Positions 1-10,101 of a stretch of 64,000 nt of DNA are shown here, piece after piece. The number at the start of each line of letters is the position of its first letter. Position 1 is the first letter of the stretch. A program made the position numbers and the translations under genes. The stretch is from an uncultured delta proteobacterium (lineage in GTDB: Bacteria; Desulfobacterota; Syntrophorhabdia; Syntrophorhabdales; WCHB1-27), in NCBI GenBank assembly GCA_963810935.1, contig CAWEPK010000008.1:416001-480000 (forward strand). The letters are read 5' to 3'. The notes below the pieces were generated by a model, which saw nothing but the letters and a program-made list of their open reading frames with translations, made no database searches and was not told the DNA's origin.

Positions 1-210
1 TCAAAGAAGGAGAAGCAGATATACATACTCCTTCAGCGCTCCGGTTATTACCGCTATCCCCTCGACGTAGTCAAGGACCGGACGGTCCTGAGCCAGGTGC
101 TGCCGAAGATCGAGGAGCTTGAAAAGGAAGGGGACGACGGGTTCAACCGGTACATCGACCACCTGAAGTCATATCAGCTCCCGCAGCCGCAGACGGATAA
201 CTGGTGCTGA
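1..210 (+). CDS. 3' end of a gene of unknown function (partial)
   Basis: Frame 1 is open from base 1 (SKKEKQIYILLQRSGYYRYPLD...QPQTDNWC) to TGA at 208-210, with GC3-rich codons like the rest of the window. Confidence 0.7.
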   Translation, partial: SKKEKQIYILLQRSGYYRYPLDVVKDRTVLSQVLPKIEELEKEGDDGFNRYIDHLKSYQLPQPQTDNWC

Positions 211-281
211 GGCGCCCGCGCGCGCCTTAGCCTTAAGCTTTCAGATTGACACCGCGCAACGGAGACTATCCAATAATACAT

Positions 282-1325
282 ATGGACGCCTACGACTTCA
301 AAAAGACTGCGAAGGGCCCGGTTCTGGACTTTACGCTTTTGTCCAACCCCCTCGGCCCATCCCTCAAAGCACGAAACCCCATGCGGAAGGCCCTCAAGGA
401 CGTGCATCGCCACCCGGACCCCCGGACGCGCCGCCTGAGGCGCTTTTTGGCCGCGAGGGAGCATGTCGAGCCTGAGAACATACTCTTCGGCCATGGCTCG
501 ACGCAAATACTCGACGCAATCCTTGCGGCGTACCGGCCGGGCAAAGTGCTTGTCCCTCCCCCTCTGTCGCCGCATTATGAGCTTCTTGCCGGCCGTCATG
601 GAACGGAGATTGTCCCCTTCCCGCTTGCGAAGGACCAGGGGTATGCCCTCGGCACAGACGCGCTTACGGCCCGCCCGCCTGACATCGGCGCCCTTTTCCT
701 GCCCAACCCGCATATGGTGACCGGAGCGGTCGCGGAAAAGCATCTCGTGGAAAAAATAATAAGCGCGTTTGACGGTTCGCACGCTATGCTCGTCATCGAC
801 GAGGCGCTTGCCGGTTTCGCAGCCGTCGATTCGCCGGTCGCAAAGGTCGTGCAGTCGGCCAATGTCGTTATCGTAAGGAGCTTCTCGTTCTTTTACGCCC
901 TGGCGGGCCTTCGCCTCGGCTACGCCATAGGGAGCTTCGAGACCTGCGGCCGCATCGCTGCCGCCATCGGGCCCGGCCCTGTGAATATAGTCGCCGAGGC
1001 CGGCGCGCTGGCGTCTATGCGCGATGCCGGATACCCGGCAAGGACGGCCGCGTTCGTCGCAGGCGAAAGGGCCTACATGCTGTCGAACCTTACACGCATA
1101 AAAGGGGTCGCAGCGACGGAAACGGCCTGCAATTTCATTATCGTCACGATCGCAACGGCTGCCGACGCCCTGCTCCGGCGGCTTCTCGCAAGGAACGTCC
1201 TTATAGATATTTTTAAGGAACAGGAAGGGACCGCATACCTGCGCGTACCGCTGCGCACGAGGCGCGAGAACGCGCGCTTTGTAAGGGCGCTGGCACGGGC
1301 GGTTGCAGAAGGACGGGCTTCATGA
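282..1325 (+). CDS. CobD/HisC-like class I/II aminotransferase-fold protein with degenerate PLP site
   Basis: NPLGP, HPDP, VIDEA and RSFSFFYALAGLRLGY follow the threonine-phosphate decarboxylase/HisC layout, but the Schiff-base Lys position is Phe. ATG at 282 preferred over TTG at 246. Confidence 0.8.
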   Translation: MDAYDFKKTAKGPVLDFTLLSNPLGPSLKARNPMRKALKDVHRHPDPRTRRLRRFLAAREHVEPENILFGHGSTQILDAILAAYRPGKVLVPPPLSPHYELLAGRHGTEIVPFPLAKDQGYALGTDALTARPPDIGALFLPNPHMVTGAVAEKHLVEKIISAFDGSHAMLVIDEALAGFAAVDSPVAKVVQSANVVIVRSFSFFYALAGLRLGYAIGSFETCGRIAAAIGPGPVNIVAEAGALASMRDAGYPARTAAFVAGERAYMLSNLTRIKGVAATETACNFIIVTIATAADALLRRLLARNVLIDIFKEQEGTAYLRVPLRTRRENARFVRALARAVAEGRAS

Positions 1326-1795
1326 CGCGCACGGTGCGTTCTCCCGGCCGCCCGCTACAGGCGTCCGGCCTGTGGGTTGCCCTTCTCTTTTTTCTCGCAC
1401 TTGCCATAGGTGCGGCTGTACCCTGCCGGGCCGACGACAAGGCGGCCGATGCAATACTGGGCATATGGGAAGTAGCAGAGAAGGACGCCCATATAGAGAT
1501 ATACAGACAGGATAACAGGTATTTCGGCAGGATCTGCTGGCTGAGGGAGAACGGCGAAAAGAAACCCGACGCGCAGGAGTCAAAGATGTACGAGATACCT
1601 AAGGTCGGGACGCTCATAGTGCGCGGCTTCCGCTTCAACGGCATTGATTGGAGGGACGGAACCCTCTATGACCCGACGGACGGCAAAAGTTACAAAGGCA
1701 TAATAAGGCTCGACGCAAAAGGCCGCCTCCTCGTGAGGGGTTACCTCGGTATAAGCCTTCTCGGCAGGACTACCGTCTGGAGGCGCGTGGAGTAG
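1322..1795 (+). CDS. DUF2147-family secreted protein
   Basis: Signal peptide, G.W, GRICWL, W.DGTLYDP.DGKSY and L.VRGY.G.SLLGRT..W.R motifs; ATGA overlap with the upstream gene. Confidence 0.85.
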   Translation: MTRTVRSPGRPLQASGLWVALLFFLALAIGAAVPCRADDKAADAILGIWEVAEKDAHIEIYRQDNRYFGRICWLRENGEKKPDAQESKMYEIPKVGTLIVRGFRFNGIDWRDGTLYDPTDGKSYKGIIRLDAKGRLLVRGYLGISLLGRTTVWRRVE

Positions 1796-1811
1796 CGACG
1801 CAAACGACTGC

Positions 1812-2345
1812 TTAGAAATACATCCCCACCGCGATGATGTTCGTGTTGACCGACCAGTTGGGTCTGGCGGTCCCCCCGTTTGAAAAATGGCGGAATCGGT
1901 TTTCTATGAAGAACCTGCCTGAACGGTACCCGATACCTCCCTGGCCTATGAAGAACAGGTGCGTCCCCTGCTCTTGGAAGCCGATCGTGCTGTACGCCAT
2001 GCCGGACCCGCCCATCAGATAGAAACCGTCTTTATGCGTTTGGAAGGGGTAATACTTAAAACCCACTCCCACGCCGAAATCGGTACCCGCATTCGGGTTC
2101 GACACGTACGACGCGAAAGGCTCCACCATCAGGGCAAGGCCGGTCCATAAAATCGGCCGTTCGTACAGGTACTTCGCCTGCTCGAAATTGTACCGCTTTC
2201 CGCCCTCTATGTTGCCCGTGGATTTCCCCTGGTTCCATGCTGCGAAGCCGTAGCCCAGGGAAAAAGCATTCTCTCCGCGCACCGTACCGCCCGAAATAAA
2301 CAACAGGCTGACGACTATCGCGCATAAGCAAACAGTCGCTTTCAT
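1812..2345 (-). CDS. PagL-like lipid A 3-O-deacylase / acyloxyacyl hydrolase, outer-membrane beta-barrel
   Basis: Signal peptide, amphipathic strands, RHFSNGG His-Ser motif and C-terminal Phe. Confidence 0.75.
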   Translation of the reverse strand: MKATVCLCAIVVSLLFISGGTVRGENAFSLGYGFAAWNQGKSTGNIEGGKRYNFEQAKYLYERPILWTGLALMVEPFASYVSNPNAGTDFGVGVGFKYYPFQTHKDGFYLMGGSGMAYSTIGFQEQGTHLFFIGQGGIGYRSGRFFIENRFRHFSNGGTARPNWSVNTNIIAVGMYF

Positions 2346-2454
2346 CTAAACCCCAGTATACTACAGGGGATGCTTCGATTTCTCTTTTTTCCGCTTTTGG
2401 CCGTGCCGGTTGCAACCATGTGACTCTTGTGCTAAATTTGGCCCAGGCGCATAT

Positions 2455-4002
2455 ATGAATAAAGGGAAGATATATCTGGTCGGCGCAGGTCCCGGGGACA
2501 TAGGACTCCTTACCCTGAAGGGTTTGCGCTGCCTGCAAAAAGCGGACGTCGTCGTCTACGATTTCCACATCAACCCGCAGATACTGAGCTATGCGCGGCG
2601 CGGTGCGGACCTCGTCTTCGCTGGCAAGAGGGGCGGCCACCATGAGATGTCCCAGGACGAGATCAACGCCATCCTCATCGGCCGCGCGGCGGAAGGCAGG
2701 ACAGTGTGCAGGCTCAAAGGGGGCGACCCCTTCGTCTTCGGCAGGGGCGGTGAGGAAGCCGAGGCGCTGTCCGGGGCCGGCGTGCCCTTCGAGGTGGTCC
2801 CCGGCGTAAGCTCCGCGGTCGCCGTACCTGCATACGCGGGCATACCGCTGACCCATCGCGACTACGCCTCTTCCTTCGCGGTCATCACGGGCAACGAGGC
2901 GGCGTCCAAGCCGCGGGCCTCTGGTTGGTGGGCAGGCCTGGCCGGCTCGAACGACACCCTCGTCTTCCTGATGGGCGTGAAAAACCTTAAGACCATTGCG
3001 CAAAGCCTCATAGAGCACGGCAAGCCCAAAGAGACGCCCGCAGCGCTGGTTCGCTGGGGCACGAGGCCGGAGCAGCGGACCGTGGTCGCGACCCTCGACC
3101 GTATCGCGGAGGCGGCGCTCGACGACAACATACGGCCGCCTGCCATACTCGTGGTCGGTAAAGTGGTCGCGCTGCGGGAAAAACTCAAATGGTACGAGGA
3201 AAAACCCCTTTTCGGGCACAGAATACTCATAACGAGGGGATTTACGGACGAATACGGACCCCTTGCGGACCTCGGCGCCGAAGTGTTCGAGTTCCCCACG
3301 GTACGGATAATCCCCCCTTTGGATTTTAATGAAACAGACGCCGCGATAGAGAGGCTTTCCGCGTACGACTGGCTCGTCCTGACGAGCGCCAGCGCCTTCA
3401 GGTGCTTTTTGGACAGGCTCCTGGAGAAAGGCAGGGACATAAGGGACCTGAAGGGGATGAAGGTCTGCGCAATCGGGTCGAAGACGGCCGAGGCGATAGG
3501 ACGCCTCGGGATCAGGGTCGATATGGTCCCCGACGAGTTCAGTGCGGAAGGCCTCATCGATGCCTTCTGCGCGTCGAGCCGTCCAGGCGTTGGGCTTGCC
3601 GGACTGAGTATCCTGCTGCCCAGGGCCAGCGAGGCACGGGACGCCTTCCCTAAAAAGGTGGCTGAGCTTGGCGGGCGCATAGACACTCCGGCCGTATACC
3701 GCGCCGTCAAACCGGAAAAACACGCGAAGCGCCTACAGCGATTCATGTCGGAAGGGCGCATATCGATAGCGACTTTCACGAGCGGCGCCACCTTTCGCAA
3801 TTTTTGCGATATTGCGGGAGAGGCATCAGCCGCCCTCCTCAAAGACGTAGCCATAGCGGTAATAGGTCCGGTTACAAAGAAGGTGGTCGAAGAAGCCGGG
3901 CTGAAGGTCTCCATAATGCCTCCCAGAGCAACCATCCCGGCCATGGTGGAAGAGATCGTCCGATGGGCAACCGATGAAAAGGGGCGCAGCACAACGCGCT
4001 GA
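2455..4002 (+). CDS. cobA: Bifunctional uroporphyrinogen-III C-methyltransferase / uroporphyrinogen-III synthase
   Basis: LVGAGPGD, RLKGGDPFVFGRGGEE and VPGVSS motifs, followed by a HemD domain (TFTSG, AVIGPVT). Confidence 0.95.
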   Translation: MNKGKIYLVGAGPGDIGLLTLKGLRCLQKADVVVYDFHINPQILSYARRGADLVFAGKRGGHHEMSQDEINAILIGRAAEGRTVCRLKGGDPFVFGRGGEEAEALSGAGVPFEVVPGVSSAVAVPAYAGIPLTHRDYASSFAVITGNEAASKPRASGWWAGLAGSNDTLVFLMGVKNLKTIAQSLIEHGKPKETPAALVRWGTRPEQRTVVATLDRIAEAALDDNIRPPAILVVGKVVALREKLKWYEEKPLFGHRILITRGFTDEYGPLADLGAEVFEFPTVRIIPPLDFNETDAAIERLSAYDWLVLTSASAFRCFLDRLLEKGRDIRDLKGMKVCAIGSKTAEAIGRLGIRVDMVPDEFSAEGLIDAFCASSRPGVGLAGLSILLPRASEARDAFPKKVAELGGRIDTPAVYRAVKPEKHAKRLQRFMSEGRISIATFTSGATFRNFCDIAGEASAALLKDVAIAVIGPVTKKVVEEAGLKVSIMPPRATIPAMVEEIVRWATDEKGRSTTR

Positions 4003-4009
4003 CGGGCCA

Positions 4010-6436
4010 ATGTCAACCGATAACCTGAAAAGGATGCTCGACCCTGAGAAGGTCGTCCTTGTCGGCGCGACGGACAGGGAAGGCTCCCTCGGCAGGGCCA
4101 TACTTGCGAACCTCTTGCGCTCCGGGGCCCAGACGGTTCTATGCGTCAACCCTAACAAGCAGGCGACCCTCGGCGTCCCATGCAGCCCGTCCGTATCCGC
4201 CCTGCCCGGACATATCGACCTTGCCGTTATAGCCGTCCCCGCGCCTCTTGCCCCGGGGGTGGTCGAAGAATGCGGCCGGGCAGGTGTCAGCGGGACAGTC
4301 ATCATCACGGACGGGCGTGCCGAAAAAAGTGACGCGGGCCGGCAGCTCGACAGGAAAGTCATGGAGGCCGCGGCCCCTTACGACATACGGGTCATCGGTC
4401 CGGCCTCGTTCGGCATCATCCGGCCGGAGATCGGCCTCAACGCCAGCTTCCTCCGGGCGGACCCCGGCAAAGGCAACATAGCATTCGTCGCGCAGAGCGG
4501 CCAGCTCGGCAACGCGTTGCTGGAGTGGGGCATCGAGGGAAACATAGGCTTCAGCATGTTCGCCTCCCTCGGGGATATGGTCGATGTAGACTTCGGAGAC
4601 GTCATCGATTACCTGGGAAGCGACTACGCCACGCGCAGCATCCTGCTCGACATGGAACACGTGGTCAACGCAAGGAAATTCATCAGCGCGGCCCGCGGCT
4701 TTGCCCGCACAAAGCCCATCATCGTCCTGAAATCGGGCCGTTCCGCCGAAAGCGGCAAGGCCGGGGCGGCAGGCGACGACCGCGTATACAGCGCCGCTTT
4801 CAAGCGGGTCGGGATATATAGGGTAAGAGAGGCGGAAGACCTGTTCGACGCGGTCCAGGTGCTCGAAGCGGACCACCTGCCCGCAGGCGGTCGCGTCGCC
4901 TTCATATGCAACGCGGCAAACATCGGGACTATGGCTGCCGACGCCCTGCTCGATCTGGGCGGCAGCCCGGCCCGTCTCTCGGCCGGCAGCGTCGATGCCC
5001 TCGCCCCTCTCCTCGGGCCGCAATGGGGCGGGCAGAACCCCATCGACCTGGGCGACGAAGCGCAAGCGTGCAGATACGAGGAAGCGGTGAAAGCGTGCGC
5101 CGCGGACGAGGCGGTCGACGGCATCATCGTAATATGCACAGCGATTACAGCGGCCATACCGGTCGAGATCGCCCATGCGATAGCCGCAGCCGCCGCAAAG
5201 ACCCAGAAGCCGGTACTTGCGGCGCTTATGGGCGGCCAGTCCATGCGGGAAGGAAGGGAATACCTGCGGAAGAACAAGATACCCGCCTATCTGACGCCTG
5301 AAAAGGCCGTAAGGGCCTATACCGAGATGTTCACTTACAGGAGAAGCCTCGAGCTCCTCTACGAGACGCCGCTGGACCTGATCCCCGGCGGGCCGCAGGC
5401 CAAGAATTATATCGCCACCTTCATACAGAAGGAGGCCAAAAAGGGCCATGCCTCGCTGACACACGACCGGTCGGTGCACATCCTTCAACAATACGGCATA
5501 CCTGCCGGGCGAGGCGCGGCAGCGGCCGACTACGAGCTTTATCTGGCGATGGACCGGGACAGCGAATTCGGGGCCTTCGTGACCTTCGGCCTTGCAGGCA
5601 TAGGCCGCGACATCTTCGATGACCGTGCCGTCGCCCTGCCGCCCCTCAACCAGACCCTGGCAAGGAGGCTGATCGAGGAATCGAAGGCGTTAAAGGTCTT
5701 GCAGGGTTACCGTGGGCGGAAACCAGCCGACCTGCTGAAACTCGAAGGATTGCTGATCGGCTTTTCCAACCTGGTCGTCGATTTCCCGCAGATCGCCTCG
5801 ATAAAGATCGAGCGTCTCGTCGTCTCCGACGGAAGGCCCCGCGTCCAGGACGTCCGCATCTTCCTCGACCCCGCCCATCATCAGGAAAGAGGCGGCTATC
5901 CGCACCTCGTCATTACCCCCTACCCCACCAGGTACATGGCGGTCTGGCGGATGAGCAACGGGACCGAAGTGCTTCTGCGCCCCATACGCCCGGAAGACGA
6001 GCCGATGCAGTCAAAGCTCTTTCACTCGCTGTCGAGAGAAGCGGTCCGGGACCGGTTTTTCAGCCCCATAAAAGAGATGAGTCACGACATGCTTGTCAGG
6101 TTTTGCAATATCGACTACGACCGGGAGATCGCAATAGCGGCCGAGGTCGGCAGGGGCGACGAGCGCCGCTTCGGCGGCATTTCCAGGCTTATTATCGAGC
6201 CGGACCTCAAGGCCGCCCAGTTCGCCGTGATCGTCCACGACGACTTCCAGGGCGGCGGCCTCGGTTACAAGCTGGTGGACGTGCTGATAGGCATAGCACA
6301 GGAGAAGGGCCTGGAAGAGATCTATGGTATAACGCTTAACGAGAACGACAAGATGATAGGCCTGGCCAGGAGGCTCGGCTTCTCAACGAAGCTCATGCCG
6401 GACGGCATCACGAAGCTGAGGCTGAAGCTCAAATAG
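4010..6436 (+). CDS. Acyl-CoA synthetase (NDP-forming)-like / GNAT fusion, Pat/YfiQ-type protein lysine acetyltransferase
   Basis: N-terminal CoA-binding domain (VGATDREGSLG), succinyl-CoA-ligase-like domains, ALPPLN..LA and a C-terminal GNAT (LRPIRPEDE, FCNIDYDREIA, FQGGGLG). Confidence 0.85.
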   Translation: MSTDNLKRMLDPEKVVLVGATDREGSLGRAILANLLRSGAQTVLCVNPNKQATLGVPCSPSVSALPGHIDLAVIAVPAPLAPGVVEECGRAGVSGTVIITDGRAEKSDAGRQLDRKVMEAAAPYDIRVIGPASFGIIRPEIGLNASFLRADPGKGNIAFVAQSGQLGNALLEWGIEGNIGFSMFASLGDMVDVDFGDVIDYLGSDYATRSILLDMEHVVNARKFISAARGFARTKPIIVLKSGRSAESGKAGAAGDDRVYSAAFKRVGIYRVREAEDLFDAVQVLEADHLPAGGRVAFICNAANIGTMAADALLDLGGSPARLSAGSVDALAPLLGPQWGGQNPIDLGDEAQACRYEEAVKACAADEAVDGIIVICTAITAAIPVEIAHAIAAAAAKTQKPVLAALMGGQSMREGREYLRKNKIPAYLTPEKAVRAYTEMFTYRRSLELLYETPLDLIPGGPQAKNYIATFIQKEAKKGHASLTHDRSVHILQQYGIPAGRGAAAADYELYLAMDRDSEFGAFVTFGLAGIGRDIFDDRAVALPPLNQTLARRLIEESKALKVLQGYRGRKPADLLKLEGLLIGFSNLVVDFPQIASIKIERLVVSDGRPRVQDVRIFLDPAHHQERGGYPHLVITPYPTRYMAVWRMSNGTEVLLRPIRPEDEPMQSKLFHSLSREAVRDRFFSPIKEMSHDMLVRFCNIDYDREIAIAAEVGRGDERRFGGISRLIIEPDLKAAQFAVIVHDDFQGGGLGYKLVDVLIGIAQEKGLEEIYGITLNENDKMIGLARRLGFSTKLMPDGITKLRLKLK

Positions 6437-6441
6437 CCGGC

Positions 6442-8067
6442 CTACCGTTTTTCTAAGGCTTCACGCAGTTTTTGCGAAAGAACGTTGATTGTGAACGGCT
6501 TTTGAATAAAGGCCTTGCAGCCCTGCTGCAACATGTTCGTCACGCTTCCTTCCAGGCTGTAGCCGGACGAGACGGCGATGCATGCGCCCGCGTCGATCGC
6601 TAAAATGCGCTTGAGCGTCTCCTCGCCCCCCATGTCGGGCATGATGACGTCAAGGACCACGAGGTCGATGGCGGCGTGCTTTTTTTCGAAGATCTCAATG
6701 GCCTCACGCCCGCTTGTTGCGACCATAACGGAATAACCGAGTACTTCGAGCATGTCCCTGCTCACCGAGATGACTGCCTCCTCGTCATCGACCAGAAGGA
6801 TGGTCTCCGCGCCCCTTTCCACCTGGTTTTCCGTGGGCACAGAGGCAGGCTTATCGGCCGCTTTTTTCGACGCGGGCAGATAAACGTCGAAGCTGGTCCC
6901 CCGCCCCTTTTCGCTCGTGACTACGATGATACCCCCGTGCTCCTTCACGATATTGTAAACGGACGCAAGCCCCAGGCCCGTCCCCTTCGCAGCTTTCCTC
7001 GTAGTGAAAAAGGGCTCGAATATCCGCTCCTTTGTCTTCTCGTCCATCCCCTCCCCTGTGTCGGAGATGGAGGCCCGCGCGTATTTCCCTGCCCTGGCCG
7101 CGTAAGGGCGGACAAACTTACGGTCGAGTATGACGTTTTCCGTCGTAAGGGAGAGGGTGCCCCCGCCCGGCATGGCCTGCCAGGCATTCACGTAGAGGTT
7201 GAGCAGCATCTGCTCGATCTGCCCTCCGTCCGCATCGACCATCCACAGGTCTTCCGGGAGGGTCGATCTTATTGCGATCTCCTTCCTGGCCCGGCCGAAC
7301 ATCTCGGAGCTTTTCCGTACTATCGCGTTCAGGTCGCACGGGGCCATTTCGTATTTTGCCCCGCTTGCGAACCCGAGGAGCTTCCTTGTAAGCTCCGAAC
7401 CGCTCGTCACGATCTCTTCGATGATCTTTACCTTTGCGAACGTCGGGTCCCCGGCTTTAAGCGCGTGGAGGATCAGCGAGGTATGTCCCTGGATGGCCAT
7501 GAGCAGGTTGTTGAAGTCGTGCGCGATGCCCCCCGCAAGCGACCCTATGGCTTTTATCCTTTCGGCTTTCGCAAGCTGCTCGCTGAGCTTCCGCTGGTCG
7601 GTCCTGTCCAGGACGACGCCCAAGATTGCCTCCGCCCCTTCGTCCCTGACGACCCGGCAGAAGACCTCGGCATGGACCGTCTGCCCGTCCCTTCTAGTAC
7701 CCCGGAACTCGTGCTGCACGGACTCCGTTCTCCCGCAGAGCAGCCTTTCGAGGTTTTCGACGACCATCGGCCGGTCGTCGGCGCATGCCAGGTCCGCCGG
7801 CCCCACGATGCCCGCCATCTCTTCGGGCGCATAGCCGAATATATCCGCCATCTCGCCGTTTACGTAAGTGAAGACGCCGTCGCGCGAAAGGTAGACACCG
7901 GTCATCGGCTGCTCGATGAGAGCCGCGAGCTTGCTGGTATATTCCATAAGGGATTGGCCCGCGTCCTCCTGCCTCTCCGGCAAGGCGGGGCGCCGGGCCG
8001 CTGACTTCCTCTGCGAGCGCTCCTCTACGCCCCCAAGCCCTGTTTTGGTCTTATCTTCCCCGTCCAT
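6442..8067 (-). CDS. Cytoplasmic hybrid sensor histidine kinase (PAS-HisKA-HATPase-REC)
   Basis: PAS region, H-box [27 protein letters not shown] and receiver domain ILLVDDE...LDVIMP. Start may extend to 8115. Confidence 0.9.
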   Translation of the reverse strand: MDGEDKTKTGLGGVEERSQRKSAARRPALPERQEDAGQSLMEYTSKLAALIEQPMTGVYLSRDGVFTYVNGEMADIFGYAPEEMAGIVGPADLACADDRPMVVENLERLLCGRTESVQHEFRGTRRDGQTVHAEVFCRVVRDEGAEAILGVVLDRTDQRKLSEQLAKAERIKAIGSLAGGIAHDFNNLLMAIQGHTSLILHALKAGDPTFAKVKIIEEIVTSGSELTRKLLGFASGAKYEMAPCDLNAIVRKSSEMFGRARKEIAIRSTLPEDLWMVDADGGQIEQMLLNLYVNAWQAMPGGGTLSLTTENVILDRKFVRPYAARAGKYARASISDTGEGMDEKTKERIFEPFFTTRKAAKGTGLGLASVYNIVKEHGGIIVVTSEKGRGTSFDVYLPASKKAADKPASVPTENQVERGAETILLVDDEEAVISVSRDMLEVLGYSVMVATSGREAIEIFEKKHAAIDLVVLDVIMPDMGGEETLKRILAIDAGACIAVSSGYSLEGSVTNMLQQGCKAFIQKPFTINVLSQKLREALEKR

Positions 8068-8265
8068 ACCCGTGTCCTGGATCCTGGTGTGCATTCCCGG
8101 CTCATGAAGCCGCATGTCGTTGTTATGTTTTACCCAGATTGCGCACGGCCGGTCAAGACCTTGTTTGGCCGGCGGGAAGATAATCGTTCACATAGCAGCG
8201 GAAGTATGGTATTACTACTTGCGAGCTCTCACGTTTCCTTGCTTTCAGGCCGGTATAGAAGAGCG

Positions 8266-10032
8266 ATGCGGTTGTCCAGGTTTCTGCCCAAAAAGTTCAG
8301 CTCGCGCCTTTTTCTTGTAACGCTTGTCGCCGGTCTCGTCCCGGTCGCCATTTTCGCTGTCCTCATCGATTTTTACGGCGGCCGCATAGAGACAGAGATC
8401 AGGCGGAGCATCGAGAGAGGGTACGAGCACGACGTCTCCCGCAATGGCATGATGCTACGCACAATTGGCGAGGCGTCCGTCTACGGCAGGGTACTGGACA
8501 TCGCGGAGCAGCTCGACATGGTCATCCAGTCGGTACCCTGGATGAGCATATCCGATCTCCAGAAAGACAGCAAATTCAGAGAATTGGCCGTCCAGACCAT
8601 CAGCAGGACCGGCTACACCTTCGTCTTCGAGCCGGACAGGGCAATGGTGCGCTTTCACCGGGACAGGCGGCTGGAAAACAAGGACCTCGCAAACGTTTCC
8701 GGCCGTCTGCCGGACCTCCAAACCATACTGGAAAAGAGCCTCAAGGGACCGGGGACGGTCTGCGGCTACTACAGGCTGCCTGCGGGAGACGGCAGCATCA
8801 TGAAGAGGTTCATATACATCGTCCCCCTCCGCAACACCACCGCCGACCACGTGCGGCTGCTCGTGGCGGCTACGGTCAACGAAGACGATTTTCTGGAGCC
8901 GATAAAGCAGATGGAGGCGGAGCACAACGAGACGAAGCGCTTCCTCCTCAAGGCATCGAAGGGCGTGATAGAGTCATTCAGACATACGGGCCTCGCCTGG
9001 ATGGGCTTCGGCATACTAACCGTCTCTATAATCGCCGCGGTTATGGGGCTCTGCCTGTCGAGGTCCGTAACCCACCTCAGGCGGGCGACGGAAAGGGTCA
9101 ACAGGGGCGATTTATCGACGCCGGTGAAACCGTGCGGCTCGGGCGAGGTCGCTACCCTTGTCACGGATTTTAATACAATGGTGGACCAGCTCGCCCGGAC
9201 GACCGTCTCCAAAGACCTGCTCCAGGCGAGCGAGGCAAGGCTCAGGGAGACGAATGAGAAGCTGAGACGGGAGATCGCGGAGCGCGAGAGGATGGAGGAA
9301 GAGTTGCTGAAGGCGCGCAAGCTCGAATCGCTGGGCGTCCTCGCCGGCGGCATAGCCCACGATTTCAACAACCTCCTCGCAGTGATAATCGGCAACATAT
9401 CTTTGGGAAAAATGTCCTTGGCCGAGGACGATAAGCTACAGGGACGGATGGCAGAGGCCGAGAAAGCATGTCTCAAGGGTAAAGAGCTTACCTACGAGCT
9501 TCTCGCGTTTGCACGCGGCGGGGAGACGCTCCACAGCCTCGTCGAGCCGGCAGCCTTCATAGAGGGATGCGCCCGGTCCTGCCTCGGTGATTCCCGCCTG
9601 AGCGTCTCATACTCTTTTCCGGGACGCCTTCCGGCCATACGCATCAACGAAGGACAGATGCGCCAAGTCATCGAGAGGCTGGTCAGGAACGCGGATGAAG
9701 CGATGCCGGACGGGGGTAGCCTGGAGGTCGGGGCGGAGGCGGTAAGCCTGGATGGAGACAACCCGCTTGCCCTGAGGGAAGGCGACTATGTGCACGTCTA
9801 CTTGCGGGACGAGGGACCGGGCATAGATGCGTCCGGCCTCCGGCGCGTATTCGACCCCTATTTCACCAGCAAGCAGATGGGGCAGGAAAAGGGAACGGGC
9901 CTATCCTTGAGCATCTGTTACTCGATAGTGAGAGACCACGACGGCTCGATTACGGCCGAATCGGGCGAAGGTAAAGGCTGCACCTTCCATATCTACCTGC
10001 CTGCAAGCCGGAACGGGACCGGGCCGGCGTAG
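8266..10032 (+). CDS. Membrane sensor histidine kinase (TM-Cache-like-TM-HAMP-HisKA-HATPase)
   Basis: Two hydrophobic segments, [26 protein letters not shown] and GTGLSL; no receiver domain. Confidence 0.9.
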   Translation: MRLSRFLPKKFSSRLFLVTLVAGLVPVAIFAVLIDFYGGRIETEIRRSIERGYEHDVSRNGMMLRTIGEASVYGRVLDIAEQLDMVIQSVPWMSISDLQKDSKFRELAVQTISRTGYTFVFEPDRAMVRFHRDRRLENKDLANVSGRLPDLQTILEKSLKGPGTVCGYYRLPAGDGSIMKRFIYIVPLRNTTADHVRLLVAATVNEDDFLEPIKQMEAEHNETKRFLLKASKGVIESFRHTGLAWMGFGILTVSIIAAVMGLCLSRSVTHLRRATERVNRGDLSTPVKPCGSGEVATLVTDFNTMVDQLARTTVSKDLLQASEARLRETNEKLRREIAERERMEEELLKARKLESLGVLAGGIAHDFNNLLAVIIGNISLGKMSLAEDDKLQGRMAEAEKACLKGKELTYELLAFARGGETLHSLVEPAAFIEGCARSCLGDSRLSVSYSFPGRLPAIRINEGQMRQVIERLVRNADEAMPDGGSLEVGAEAVSLDGDNPLALREGDYVHVYLRDEGPGIDASGLRRVFDPYFTSKQMGQEKGTGLSLSICYSIVRDHDGSITAESGEGKGCTFHIYLPASRNGTGPA

Positions 10033-10047
10033 GGGTTGCAAAGGCAG

Positions 10048-10076
10048 AAAAAAAGCCGGGCTGAAAACAGCCCGGC
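10048..10076 (-). terminator. Intrinsic terminator after lon
   Basis: Stem GCCGGGCTG/CAGCCCGGC with 4-nt loop and a 7-nt U tract on the minus strand. Confidence 0.85.
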
Positions 10077-10101
10077 CCATTGATTTTACCAGTTTGTCGA
10101 A

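Noticed and set aside
202..249. Cys-Sec read-through at TGC TGA GGC
   Set aside because: The hairpin starts immediately after the TGA and does not look like a bacterial SECIS; the extension is uninformative and the gene is only partly visible.
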